From NCBI GenBank assembly GCA_965116015.1, contig OZ220477.1:2020339-2084338 (forward strand): a stretch of DNA of 64,000 bases, read 5' to 3'. Below, piece by piece: positions 8,801-17,361 of the stretch; the stretch's first letter is position 1, and each line of letters starts with the position of its first letter. Both the position numbers and the translations under genes were made by a program. The DNA comes from Dehalococcoidia bacterium. Its GTDB lineage: Bacteria > Chloroflexota > Dehalococcoidia > Lucifugimonadales > Australimonadaceae. The notes under the pieces are model-generated. The model saw only the letters and a list, made by a program, of their open reading frames with translations, ran no database searches and had not been told where the DNA came from.

Positions 8801-10075
8801 GCGGTAGTCGGAGAGCCACCCGTTGCTGACCGCCTCCTTATAGCTTCTACGGTACAGCTCAACTCCGAAGACGGTTGCGTCGTCCATACTCCGCACGACC
8901 CAATCCTCTTGCTTGTGGCGCTGCTGCTCTTTGGCGTCGTACACGCGCGGCGTAGCGGTCTGATAGACGCGGTATGTGGCGGGGAATCTGCCGTTGTCGT
9001 GGCAGATGGTGAAGTCGCGCAGCTGCTTCTCCAACTTCGGCATGCGGCGCAGACCCGCCGTGCGGTGCGCTTCGTCGGCGATGAGGACAGCGGCGACGGC
9101 TCCGGACGCGACCAGCGCTTCGCCTATCTTGTGGCTGCTCTGATAGGTCCCGAAGATGACGTTGACTCGTTCGCTGCTCTGCCCTGCGCGTATCCAGTCG
9201 GCAATCTCCCCTGAGTCGGTGGTTACCTTGCCTTTCACCTCAGACGCGCTGACGTAGCTTGCGTCCAGCGTGGGGTCGGCGGCGCGGTCCAGCGAACTCT
9301 CCTTAGGGGCGACGGTTGGATCGGAGCACACGGCGAGCGCACAGATGGACTTGCGAGCGTTCTGCAAGTACTCGCGCCGTATCTGGGCGACAAGCGCTAT
9401 GGAAGGGCATAGCACGACAGCCAGCTCTCCCTGCTGGGTCAGCTCCTCGATGATGCGCAGGGAGATGCGGGTCTTGCCCGTGCCGCAAGGAAGGACGATC
9501 TTCCCGCGAGCCTGTCCTGCCGGCAGCCCGCCGCTATCCGACTGTACGTGCTCCTTGAGGGCGTTGACGCTCTCCTCCACGGCCTCGTTCTGCATGCACT
9601 GCAGAGTTTGGCGGGGCGGGTTGCCGTCGTCGTCGCGCGCGGCGTCCGGGTCGCAGTGAGGGCAGTACTCAGCCTGCTCGACGAGCGGCTGGGCGAGAAG
9701 GTCGGCGTGGATGTTGACGAGCTTGAGTTGCTGCGCGGCTACAGACAAGCCCTGCTTGGCTTCGCTGCTCAGCTGATTGGCGCCGTTGGTGACAAGCCAG
9801 CGCTCCGCCCAAATCGGCGCGCTGGCGGCTGCGGTGAACTTGTCCAGCTCGCCTTTGTGGATATCGTCGCCCTTGCCAGAGGCATCAAGCTTCCGCGCCT
9901 TGCACTGGATGGCTATGTACTGATCGCCGCGTTTGGCGACGGCATCGATGCCGACATCCGTTCTGGTGGATTCTGGGAAACGCCCTGTCCGTTCGGGCCA
10001 GTCGCCCCAGAGCCAGCACTCCTCGATGTCCCAGTCCTTGATGTGCGGCCCTGCCTCGACGACGAGGTTCTCCAA
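5816..10075 (-). CDS. Type ISP-like restriction-modification enzyme (Mrr-like nuclease + SF2 helicase + gamma-class N6-A methyltransferase)
   Basis: PD-(D/E)xK-like 'DVGIDAV...IAIQCK'. Helicase motifs 'CGTGKT', 'IADEAHR', 'QTATP', 'QAVGRVMR'. Methylase motifs 'DLACGSGTLL' and 'IMNPPFT'. TTG start. Confidence 0.8.
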   Translation of the reverse strand: MENLVVEAGPHIKDWDIEECWLWGDWPERTGRFPESTRTDVGIDAVAKRGDQYIAIQCKARKLDASGKGDDIHKGELDKFTAAASAPIWAERWLVTNGANQLSSEAKQGLSVAAQQLKLVNIHADLLAQPLVEQAEYCPHCDPDAARDDDGNPPRQTLQCMQNEAVEESVNALKEHVQSDSGGLPAGQARGKIVLPCGTGKTRISLRIIEELTQQGELAVVLCPSIALVAQIRREYLQNARKSICALAVCSDPTVAPKESSLDRAADPTLDASYVSASEVKGKVTTDSGEIADWIRAGQSSERVNVIFGTYQSSHKIGEALVASGAVAAVLIADEAHRTAGLRRMPKLEKQLRDFTICHDNGRFPATYRVYQTATPRVYDAKEQQRHKQEDWVVRSMDDATVFGVELYRRSYKEAVSNGWLSDYRIIALGVNDLEAYEAANALASDATNEGRQSLTTTHFLRGLAFTLAMGGATQSNEVDSVSIKSCIAFMNTVEKSKNMARHLQTDKVREWLRGRLEATPRAPAAAQYTLEHLDATSNVAARENAKSRLANADRENPHGIVNVGIFGEGTDAPSLSAVAFLEPRKSPIDVIQAVGRVMRSAQGKEMGYIICPIVFPPNAEAEQWLAASGPQDGWQELGQILRALRAHDSRIEDEIRHLMKVYLPPEPEEEATVVATATPETKIQTWVHAGKPGEAQETAEAIAKGQQTYPGTLTPLDDYARETEDPETDYGSEDTPLIPTAIITAKVNDGGEVETRIDSVGRDNPGPDGAPGQLNIEKTIDKAKKMINEDAGIRLPPRVKRTTEDVAESNAQRLLDLLAGAEKQHCSSVPAPSPNLTDAIIVNLLSKSGLRTNRVMRDLNILEAGVGEAARHLREDRLSNALDAHFQLDNLKTESRNKQADGCTIAALLMMNAAMLHQRIASGRWISGVSPLESVKNDVNVVRRLLREWNEIMSRDFKAVLDPAIKAIQAAEDTGKLAGLERALWHIAAEAERIAETYADMGADHAGPLFNRVMGNQASDGAFFTRPTAAFIAASLTLDACGDVDWSDPEVWKAHKIVDLACGSGTLLAAMLAEMKRRARAQGASEEKLAALQKLAVEDTIKGLDINPVSLQLAASQLTAGNHEIRYRRMGLRLMPYGPSPHDSARVFTGTLELLGQRELLPRVGELDLPDEAIKSKQVWDPRDDVELEDAVDAAKDARIVIMNPPFTNRAKMGEKFPREMQQALRSRADTMEETLVRNDRDMGDFADKNSIAPLFVALADKCLDSSHSVLAMVHPTIAMTATSASVTRRTLAQRYHISDVLTCHLPGQINLSQHVKINESIIVAKRRGEHQAPTRFIQLDRWPSDNNEAADLHDCLTRCEGGLLEHGWGEVSEWPAERIEDGDWTPAVWRSPELAEAAFGFANDAGLQPMAKGGLSH

Positions 10076-10475
10076 CCACCTGCCGTCGGTGCTATGAGGG
10101 TTCTTCTCGTCCAGAATGCTGAGCGCCCACTCGATAACGCTCTTCCGCTAGCGCACCTACTCCGCTACGCCCCCCCCCAGTCCCTCCTAAATCCCAAATT
10201 TGGAGCGCACGACAGGCGGCAGAATTGCCCGCTGCCACTATTGTGCCTTCCTTTCGGTATCAGAGGACTTGGGCGGAGTGGAGAGCAGCGCCGCTGCAAT
10301 GTCCCTGACTGGTCGGTTTATTGGCTCTGGGAGCGGATCAGTCGGGTGTTCGCGCTTCTTACTTGCAGGCTTACGCTTCTCCATGATGCACCTCTTTCTT
10401 GCTGCTCGGTATGCGACCTGGAGGGCTTTGCGCATTCCCGCAGTAGGTGCCCCTGTCGCCCCATCATCGTCGTCA

Positions 10476-10670
10476 TTACTTTCTCCTACGCTTCTCGCCT
10501 AGGAGTAGTCGGTCAACGTCCTCCTTTGGTATCCGCACTACTCGCACTGGCAATGCCGCACGAGTTAGTTCACCTCGCTTGAGCAGCCGTCGCACCGTAG
10601 GTTGCGACACCCTGAGAATCGCAGCCGCCTCTGCAACTGTCAACACCTTATTCGACTCTGGTTCTCTCAT
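10476..10670 (-). CDS. Excisionase/MerR-type HTH protein (copy 2)
   Basis: 64 aa, near-identical to 898-1101 apart from a one-codon indel and a divergent C-terminus. Confidence 0.7.
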   Translation of the reverse strand: MREPESNKVLTVAEAAAILRVSQPTVRRLLKRGELTRAALPVRVVRIPKEDVDRLLLGEKRRRK

Positions 10671-10806
10671 ATCCTCTACTATGCTCTGATATTTTCTATA
10701 GTATGCATAAATGCTCTAAAAGAGTCAATAGGCATCACATATACCCTTGACTATTCTGCTGAGTCATGGTAGAGTGGGGCGAAATGACCCAGCCCTAGAG
10801 GTGGAC

Positions 10807-11751
10807 ATGGCGAAATGCGGTCCAGGTCGGTATGAGCGAAAGGGAATCAGCCTGAAAGAAGCGGTGGAGCTTGCGGCGGACAATGCCGCAGCTGAGCAGT
10901 GGTTCGAGAGCGTCCGATGGCCTGACGGCGTACGATGCCCACGCTGCGATGGAAGCAACATCCTCGAACGCAAGAACCGCAAGCCGATGCCCTACAAATG
11001 CCGATCCTGCAACCGCAACTTCTCGGTCAAGGTGGGAACAGTGATGCAGGCGAGCAAGATCCGCTACGGCGACTGGTGGCTCGCCTGCTACCTGCACTCC
11101 ACGAACCTCAAGGGCGTGTCCAGCATGAAGCTGTCGCGCGACCTCGGACTCACCCAGAAGCACGCGTGGCACCTGCTCCACCGCATCCGCAAGGCTTGGG
11201 ACGATAGCAGCACCCCGCGCTTCGACGGAAAGGTCGAAGCCGATGAGACCTACATCGGGGGCAAGGAGCGGAACAAGCACGAGTCGAAGAAGCTGCGCGA
11301 AGGGCGGGGCGCAGTCGGCAAGGTCGCAGTCGTCGGCGTGAAAGACCGCGATACCGGCATGGTCAAGGCAAAGGTCGTTCCGTCCACAGACGCCCGCACG
11401 CTACAAGGATTCGTCGAGGAGGCCACTGAGCCTGAAGCCACCGTCTACACCGACGAGGCGCGTGCGTATCAAGGGATCAACCGCCAGCACGAGGCGGTCG
11501 CCCATAGCGCAAAGGAGTTCGTGTACGGGCATGCTCACACGAACGGGATCGAGAGCATGTGGTCGATGATGAAGCGTGGCTATATGGGCGTGTACCACCA
11601 CTGGAGCGCCAAGCACTGCCAGCGGTATGTTGACGAGTACGCCGGACGGCATAACGCCCGCCCGCTCGACACCATCAAGATACTGGCGCGAATCGTAGTC
11701 GGGATGAATGGCAAACGCCTGACTTACCCCCAGCTCATCGGCACGGTGTAG
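10807..11751 (+). CDS. IS1595-family DDE transposase (copy 2)
   Basis: 314 aa with only 4 substitutions relative to 1246-2190. Confidence 0.85.
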   Translation: MAKCGPGRYERKGISLKEAVELAADNAAAEQWFESVRWPDGVRCPRCDGSNILERKNRKPMPYKCRSCNRNFSVKVGTVMQASKIRYGDWWLACYLHSTNLKGVSSMKLSRDLGLTQKHAWHLLHRIRKAWDDSSTPRFDGKVEADETYIGGKERNKHESKKLREGRGAVGKVAVVGVKDRDTGMVKAKVVPSTDARTLQGFVEEATEPEATVYTDEARAYQGINRQHEAVAHSAKEFVYGHAHTNGIESMWSMMKRGYMGVYHHWSAKHCQRYVDEYAGRHNARPLDTIKILARIVVGMNGKRLTYPQLIGTV

Positions 11752-11795
11752 TGGGGCGGTACGCAGAGTGAAGGAGTTGATTGAGTTAACCCAAG

Positions 11796-12434
11796 CTATC
11801 GCGGGTTCCCTTTGCGCGTTTTTGGATAGCGAGCGCGGGCAGGTCGCTGCTTGCTCCGAGATTCTCCTGTGTAGTTGCTGACAGCATCCCTAATGTTTAT
11901 CTTTAGAAGGTTGCGGTAGTCCTTGAATGCCGGGATCTCCAAATCACTAGGCACACCTCTATGCATCTTGCCTAGAGCGGAAACGAAATCACGGGCGATA
12001 GACGCATTGGCCTCTAGCATCGACGGTGTCATCACATCGTCATAGTAGTTGGAATGCGCCGCCTGCGCTGTATTCCAACCAGCGGAGACGACCTTTACAG
12101 TTTCAGCCGCATCAGGCGCGCCAGTCTCACTATATTCAGACGCCAACCACTCCACGACTGCGGAGAGACTTTGATGCGATTTAGTCGGCCATCCCCTCTC
12201 TGCCGCAATCTTTTTGACAGCATGCGCCGCAACTCCCCACACCATCTCGGACGCAGCGATGCGCTCCTTGCGCGTCCGCAACTCCTTGCCGAGAATCTGT
12301 AGGTTCTCAACGTGATACTCGTGCGGAGATTGAGGTTCGCCGATGATGTATGCAGCGACTTCCTTGTCGAGATAGTCTAAATCCTCAGGACGCTTATCCG
12401 CAGCCGCTTTGAGCTTCGATTCTAACGTCGTCAT
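11796..12434 (-). CDS. Hypothetical protein, possibly PaREP1/HEPN-like; paralog of 2432-3073
   Basis: Shares motifs with 2432-3073. Lies between the transposase and the right terminal repeat, as in the other element, but on the opposite strand. Confidence 0.5.
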   Translation of the reverse strand: MTTLESKLKAAADKRPEDLDYLDKEVAAYIIGEPQSPHEYHVENLQILGKELRTRKERIAASEMVWGVAAHAVKKIAAERGWPTKSHQSLSAVVEWLASEYSETGAPDAAETVKVVSAGWNTAQAAHSNYYDDVMTPSMLEANASIARDFVSALGKMHRGVPSDLEIPAFKDYRNLLKINIRDAVSNYTGESRSKQRPARARYPKTRKGNPR

Positions 12435-12507
12435 CGCCCAGTACCCTCATAGTCGGATATTCAGCCTACTCTACAACTATCACACGCTAGGCTATTTGTC
12501 AAGCGCA

Positions 12508-12534
12508 CTGCGTGTCATTTGGGATATAATCCCC
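12508..12534. repeat. Right terminal inverted repeat
   Basis: CTGCGTGTCATTTGGGATATAATCCCC. Confidence 0.9.
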
Positions 12535-13264
12535 ATGTTTTATGGTAGCGGTGTGGATTGCTACTACGAAGACACGAGGACAGCCCTCGCTATTACTAGA
12601 AATCAGCTAATTACGGTGAGTGGCCGCATCAGCGGGTTCGAGTATGGCGATATCGTCATGTTCATGTGCGGTATTTGGGGGGTGGACTTAGAAAGGAACC
12701 AGGCACTGACAGCAACTCAGACAAGAAGCAGTGTTGTCAGAGTGCACTGTGAACCTGGCAACGACCTACTCAAATCTCTGCTGCCTGTTTCCTATGGAAC
12801 AGGAATAATTATAGACAAAATGCGAGGACTAGTGCTAACAGCGCATCATGTTGTTGAAGACTGCGGGCGCATCGCAGTAGAGCCACTGCCGGGCGGTGCG
12901 AGGATGGCGGCCACGCTCGTGAAGCGCTGCGCCTCTGTCGATCAAGCCTATGTACAGGTAGAGCGAGATGGGCTATCGCGCCTTGATGCTCCTCAGCTCT
13001 ACGCTGCAAGCGCACCGGCTCAGCGCGACCAAGCGGTCTACTTCTGGGCCTGGGGTTCAGAAGGATTCCGGTGGCAGAGCGGGATTAGTGAATAACGCGC
13101 CAACTCTCTTCCAGAGAGACTACCGAGGTGTAGACGCCTACGCTGTTCCGGGAGATTCCGGATCTCCTGTGTTCAACGAGTTTGGGCACTTGCTTGGGAG
13201 CCTCACTAGAAGCAACCGCTCAGACGAAGTCACCTACAATGCTTGGGATTGCAAGCCACCCTAA
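12535..13264 (+). pseudogene. 3' fragment of the split lipoprotein/trypsin-like serine protease gene, with an additional frameshift
   Basis: Starts with the TSD copy. His ('LTAHHVV') and Asp regions are in the frame of ORF 12409-13095. The Ser motif 'GDSGSPV' is in the frame of ORF 12968-13264, with the shift near 13080. Confidence 0.75.
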
Positions 13265-13300
13265 CGCTAACTGCTGCTTCAACCATGGGCTAAGCGCACA

Positions 13301-14374
13301 ATGGGCAGCAACCACACTTCCCGACCCACAATCCTCCGGAGCCCCCCATCCCGCATGACCCTCCTCCCAGAACCCCCGCACTTCACTCGCGAGTGGCTCA
13401 TCGACGCCCTCCGCTACGTGCGCCGCGATTTCGAAGCCGCCGCGTCCGGCGACGCCGAAGACGGACGCGCCCGCTCGCGTATGGAGATGGCCCGCCAGAT
13501 GGGACTCGACGCCATCGCCAGCGAGATGCTGGACACCCTCGATCGCGGCGCCGCCGACGCGGCGCGCCTCGAGTGGCCCGGCGGCCTCGAAGTCCGCTAC
13601 CTCGCCCTCCTCGGAGCCCTCAGGACGCTCGCCAGCGTCAGCAGCGCGCTCAACGAACACACGAACGACCGCCCGCATCTCGCATACCTCGCCGAGGCAA
13701 TGGCGAAAGCCGAACTCGCCGCCGGATCAATCCGCCGGCGCCGGGAGGCCGAACGCTTCCGCGGCCTCTACGTGATCGTCGACCCCGCCCTCACTAACAA
13801 CCGCGACCCGCGATGGGTCGCCGAAGAGGCCATTCGAGGCGGCGCGACTGCTATCCAACTGCGCGTGAAAAACGCCGACAAGGGCGAGTGGCTGCAAACC
13901 GCCGCCGACATCTGCAGCATCTGCCGCAGCGCCGGAGCCGCGTTCATCGTCAACGACCACCCGGATGTTGCCGTCGCTGTCGGAGCGACGGGAGCGCACC
14001 TCGGACAGCGCGACCTCCCGCTTCCCAAAGCCCGCGAAACGCTCCGACCCTGGCAGATTGCGGGAACATCGAACGCGCTGCTCGCAGAGGCGATAGCCTC
14101 CCACAAGGCTGGAGCGGACTACATCGCCGTGGGGCGTATATTCCCCACAGACTCGAAGAGCAACACTCGCCCGGCAGGCCCTGAGACGCTAAGGGCAGTG
14201 CGAGAGGCTATCCCCTCCAACGGAGGCCCTCCCCTTCTCGCCATCGGAGGCATCACGCCGGAGAACTCCGCGGACATTGTCGCCGCAGGCGCCGACTGCC
14301 TCTGCGTCATCGCCGCAGTTACCCAGTCCGCGCAGCCTCGCGAGGCCGCCGCGCGCCTCCTCGCAGCATTCTAG
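13301..14374 (+). CDS. thiE: Thiamine-phosphate synthase with an ~150-aa N-terminal extension
   Basis: C-terminal ~210 aa carry 'YVIVDP', 'AIQLRVK', 'FIVNDHPDVA' and 'LAIGGITPEN'. The true start is uncertain. Confidence 0.75.
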   Translation: MGSNHTSRPTILRSPPSRMTLLPEPPHFTREWLIDALRYVRRDFEAAASGDAEDGRARSRMEMARQMGLDAIASEMLDTLDRGAADAARLEWPGGLEVRYLALLGALRTLASVSSALNEHTNDRPHLAYLAEAMAKAELAAGSIRRRREAERFRGLYVIVDPALTNNRDPRWVAEEAIRGGATAIQLRVKNADKGEWLQTAADICSICRSAGAAFIVNDHPDVAVAVGATGAHLGQRDLPLPKARETLRPWQIAGTSNALLAEAIASHKAGADYIAVGRIFPTDSKSNTRPAGPETLRAVREAIPSNGGPPLLAIGGITPENSADIVAAGADCLCVIAAVTQSAQPREAAARLLAAF

Positions 14375-14378
14375 CCCC

Positions 14379-15875
14379 CTACAACAGCAGACCCCGCGCC
14401 GCCGTCTGCGCGATGTCGAACAGCCCTCCCGGCCACAGTCCGAGCACGAGAATGGCGAGTGCGGCGACGCCCAGCCCGACACGGATCCCGCCGGGCGTGG
14501 CGATTGCTGAGGGATCGCCCGGCTCGCGCAAGTACATCGTCCGAATGATGCCCACATAGTAGTACGCCGAAACCACTGAGTTGACGACGCCAACAAGGGC
14601 AAGCCACATAAGGTCGGCGTTCACCGCGGCGTTGAACAGGAAGAGCTTCCCCATGAACCCCACTGTCGGCGGGATGCCGGTGAGACCGAGCAACGCGAAC
14701 GCAAACGCGGCGGCGGCGAACGGCGAACGCTTGCCGGCGCCGGCAAGCGACTCGATGCGCTCGTCGTCCGCGTCGGCGAGCGCCATTACCGCGAAGAATG
14801 CGGCAAGCGTCATCGCCGCGTAGCCGCAAAGATAAAAGAGCACGCTCGCAATCCCAAGCGAAGCGTCCCCAGCCTCCTGACTACGCCCCGCGATTGCCGC
14901 GACGCCAATGAGCATGTAGCCGGCATGGGCAATCGCGCTGTAACCGAGCAGCCGCTTGATATTCGACTGCGCAATCGCCACGAGGTTGCCCACAGTCATC
15001 GTGATTGCCGCGAGAACCGCGAACATCGCCGACCAGTCCGGCGCAACGTCCCCCAGCGCGGTGTAGAACAGCCGCAGCACAATAGCGAACGCCGCGGCCT
15101 TGCTCGCCGTCGCCAGGAACGCCCCCACGGGCGTAGGCGCCCCCTCATACACGTCGGGCGTCCACATCTGGAACGGAACCATCGAAAGCTTGAACCCGAA
15201 CCCCGCCGTCGCGAGCACAGCCCCAACCATAACGGCGGTCCCTCCGAACGCGAGAGACGAGTCCCCCACCGCGACAACCTGACCGATAGTCGGCTCCCCG
15301 ACCAGCCGCATAGTGCCCGTCGCGCCGTACAGAAACGCGAACCCATAGATGAGTATCGCCGACGATATCGCAGACAGCACAAGATACTTAACCGCCGCCT
15401 CCACCGATTTCATCTGCAGCTTGGTGAACGCCGCCAGCGCGACGACCGGCAGCGTCGCCAGCTCCAGCGCGAGGTACACAGTGATGAGATCCCCTGCCGC
15501 CGCGAGCAGCATCAGCCCGCTCGCGGAGAAGAGCACGAGCCCAACGAACTCCGCCTGATACGGGTGGAACCGCTTCACGTAATCGAGGCTTGCGACCAGC
15601 GCAAGCGCAATGATCCCCACGATGAGGAATTTGAAGAACAGCGCGTACTTGTCAACAAGCAGCGACCCGCCGAACGCCGTCTGCGGGCCGTTCGCGTGGA
15701 TATCGCCCCACAGCAGCAGACCAAGGATGAGCGGCGCCGCAAGCCCCCCTAGCGCCAGCGCGAGAGCGCCGCGCCGTCCGCGGAACAGCAGATCCGCAAG
15801 GATGACAGCAGTCGCGAGCGTGGCCGTCGCCAGCTCGGGCGCTACGAGATAAAGATCCCGTCCCGTAATGCCCAC
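14379..15875 (-). CDS. nuoN: NADH-quinone oxidoreductase subunit N
   Basis: Polytopic antiporter-like protein, last gene of the nuo cluster. GTG at 15875 lies 1 nt after the nuoM stop; the track ORF extends to 15959. Confidence 0.85.
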   Translation of the reverse strand: MGITGRDLYLVAPELATATLATAVILADLLFRGRRGALALALGGLAAPLILGLLLWGDIHANGPQTAFGGSLLVDKYALFFKFLIVGIIALALVASLDYVKRFHPYQAEFVGLVLFSASGLMLLAAAGDLITVYLALELATLPVVALAAFTKLQMKSVEAAVKYLVLSAISSAILIYGFAFLYGATGTMRLVGEPTIGQVVAVGDSSLAFGGTAVMVGAVLATAGFGFKLSMVPFQMWTPDVYEGAPTPVGAFLATASKAAAFAIVLRLFYTALGDVAPDWSAMFAVLAAITMTVGNLVAIAQSNIKRLLGYSAIAHAGYMLIGVAAIAGRSQEAGDASLGIASVLFYLCGYAAMTLAAFFAVMALADADDERIESLAGAGKRSPFAAAAFAFALLGLTGIPPTVGFMGKLFLFNAAVNADLMWLALVGVVNSVVSAYYYVGIIRTMYLREPGDPSAIATPGGIRVGLGVAALAILVLGLWPGGLFDIAQTAARGLLL

Positions 15876-15876
15876 G

Positions 15877-17358
15877 CTAGCCTCCGAGCCTGGCCATAAT
15901 CGGCGCGAGGCCGGCGTCAAAGATGTCCGTAACGATGGCGGGGTAGACCCCAACGACAAAGATGGGAATCACGAGCACGGCCATCGCTCCAATATCCACC
16001 GGCGTAGCGTCCGTAAGCGCGTCCCACCGCTCGACGCGTGGGCCGAACATCGTGCGCTGGGCAGTCCAGAGAATGTAGCCGGCGGCGAGGACAACCCCGA
16101 ACGCGGCCAGCGCCGTGGCGAGCCCGTACACAGGGAACGTCCCAAGAAACACCATAATCTCCGCCACAAACCCGCTCGTCGTCGGCAGCCCCAGCGAGGC
16201 GAGCCCGGCAATCATGAACCCGATGGCGATGAGCGGCATCTGCTTCGCCATCCCCCCCATATCAGGAATGTGCCGCGTATGCGCCCGGTCGTACACAAGC
16301 CCGACAACCACGAACAGCAGCCCCGTAATCGTCCCGTGCGTGAAGAGCTGGAGCGCGGCCCCGTTCAACCCCGCCGCGCTGAGCTGTCCCGACGCCGCTC
16401 CCGCAGACGCAAGGCCCAGCACGACAAACCCCATATGGCTCACGCTGCTATAGGCGACGAGTCGCTTCAGGTCGGTCTGGCGCATCACAATGAATGCCCC
16501 GTACAGCACATTAACGACCGCTAGGAACGCCAGCAGCGGCGCCGTCGCCGCAAGCTCCTCCGGGAACATCCCCGCGTTGATGCGCAGCAAACCGTAGCCG
16601 CCCATCTTCAGCAGCACGCCGGCGAGCATCACGCTCACCGCCGTCGGCGCGTCCGTGTGCGCGTCTGGCAGCCAGGTGTGGAGCGGAAACACCGGCAGCT
16701 TAACCGCGAATGCGATGAGAAATCCGGCGAACACCAGCGACGACGGCACGATGAGGTTAGTCAGATCCTTGTGGATGAGCGCCGTCATATCGAACGTGCG
16801 CTCCGGCCCTGGCAAGGAAAAGTAGATCGCAAGGATCGCCGCGAACATAAAAGCCGACCCAAGAAACGTGAAGATCAGAAACTTCATGGCCGAGTACTCG
16901 CGGCGCCCCGTTCCCCATATCGATATGAGAAAGAACATCGGCACGAGCTCGAGCTCCCAGAATACGAAGAAGAGAATGAGATCGAGCGAGACAAACACGC
17001 CCATCACAGCGCCCTGCAGCACGAGCAGCCACATAAAGTACTGCCTGGCTCGATCAGCAACGTTCCAGGACACCAGCACTGCCGCAACCCCGAGAATGCC
17101 GTTGAGCAGCACGAGCGGCGCGCTCAAACCATCAACTCCCACGAGAAACTGCACGTCGAACGCCGGCGCCCAGTCTGCCCGCTGCACGAACCGGACTCCG
17201 CCGTCCGACGCGCTGTACAGACCGTACATCGCCGCGGTCAGCGCGAGCTCAGCGAGCACGGCCGCGAGCGCCATCCGCCGCGCCGCGCGAGCATCCGCCC
17301 GCGTCGCCATAATCAGAACCCCTGCGACGATGGGCAGAAATGTGATCGCCGTCAGCAT
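15877..17358 (-). CDS. nuoM: NADH-quinone oxidoreductase subunit M
   Basis: 493-aa antiporter-like subunit in operon position. Confidence 0.85.
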   Translation of the reverse strand: MLTAITFLPIVAGVLIMATRADARAARRMALAAVLAELALTAAMYGLYSASDGGVRFVQRADWAPAFDVQFLVGVDGLSAPLVLLNGILGVAAVLVSWNVADRARQYFMWLLVLQGAVMGVFVSLDLILFFVFWELELVPMFFLISIWGTGRREYSAMKFLIFTFLGSAFMFAAILAIYFSLPGPERTFDMTALIHKDLTNLIVPSSLVFAGFLIAFAVKLPVFPLHTWLPDAHTDAPTAVSVMLAGVLLKMGGYGLLRINAGMFPEELAATAPLLAFLAVVNVLYGAFIVMRQTDLKRLVAYSSVSHMGFVVLGLASAGAASGQLSAAGLNGAALQLFTHGTITGLLFVVVGLVYDRAHTRHIPDMGGMAKQMPLIAIGFMIAGLASLGLPTTSGFVAEIMVFLGTFPVYGLATALAAFGVVLAAGYILWTAQRTMFGPRVERWDALTDATPVDIGAMAVLVIPIFVVGVYPAIVTDIFDAGLAPIMARLGG

Positions 17359-17361
17359 CCG

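Larger units (their letters stand above)
10457..11777. repeat. Copy 2 of the duplicated HTH + transposase module
   Basis: See 882-2217. It begins with a 20-nt remnant of the methylase 5' end (CGCCCCATCATCGTCGTCAT). Confidence 0.85.
5062..12534. mobile_element. IS1595-family (ISNwi1-like ends) transposon with passenger genes, 7473 bp
   Basis: Perfect 27-bp terminal inverted repeats, an 8-bp direct target duplication, an internal IS1595 transposase, and an interrupted host gene that rejoins in frame. Confidence 0.85.

Noticed and set aside
9548-10582. 344-aa plus-strand ORF, together with similar long ORFs at 14925-15752, 16657-18087, 18595-19596, 20841-21632, 22325-23398, 26378-27430, 27581-28432, 29379-30135, 34300-35643, 37108-38019, 45978-46865 and 49399-49971
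   Set aside because: All lie antisense or out of frame to genes with strong motif support. Their Arg/Pro/His-rich, low-complexity translations are characteristic of non-coding frames in GC-rich sequence.
12409-12534. Track start of the 228-aa ORF at 12409
   Set aside because: The first 42 codons overlap the minus-strand paralog gene and the terminal repeat. The biologically meaningful fragment starts at the target duplication (12535).
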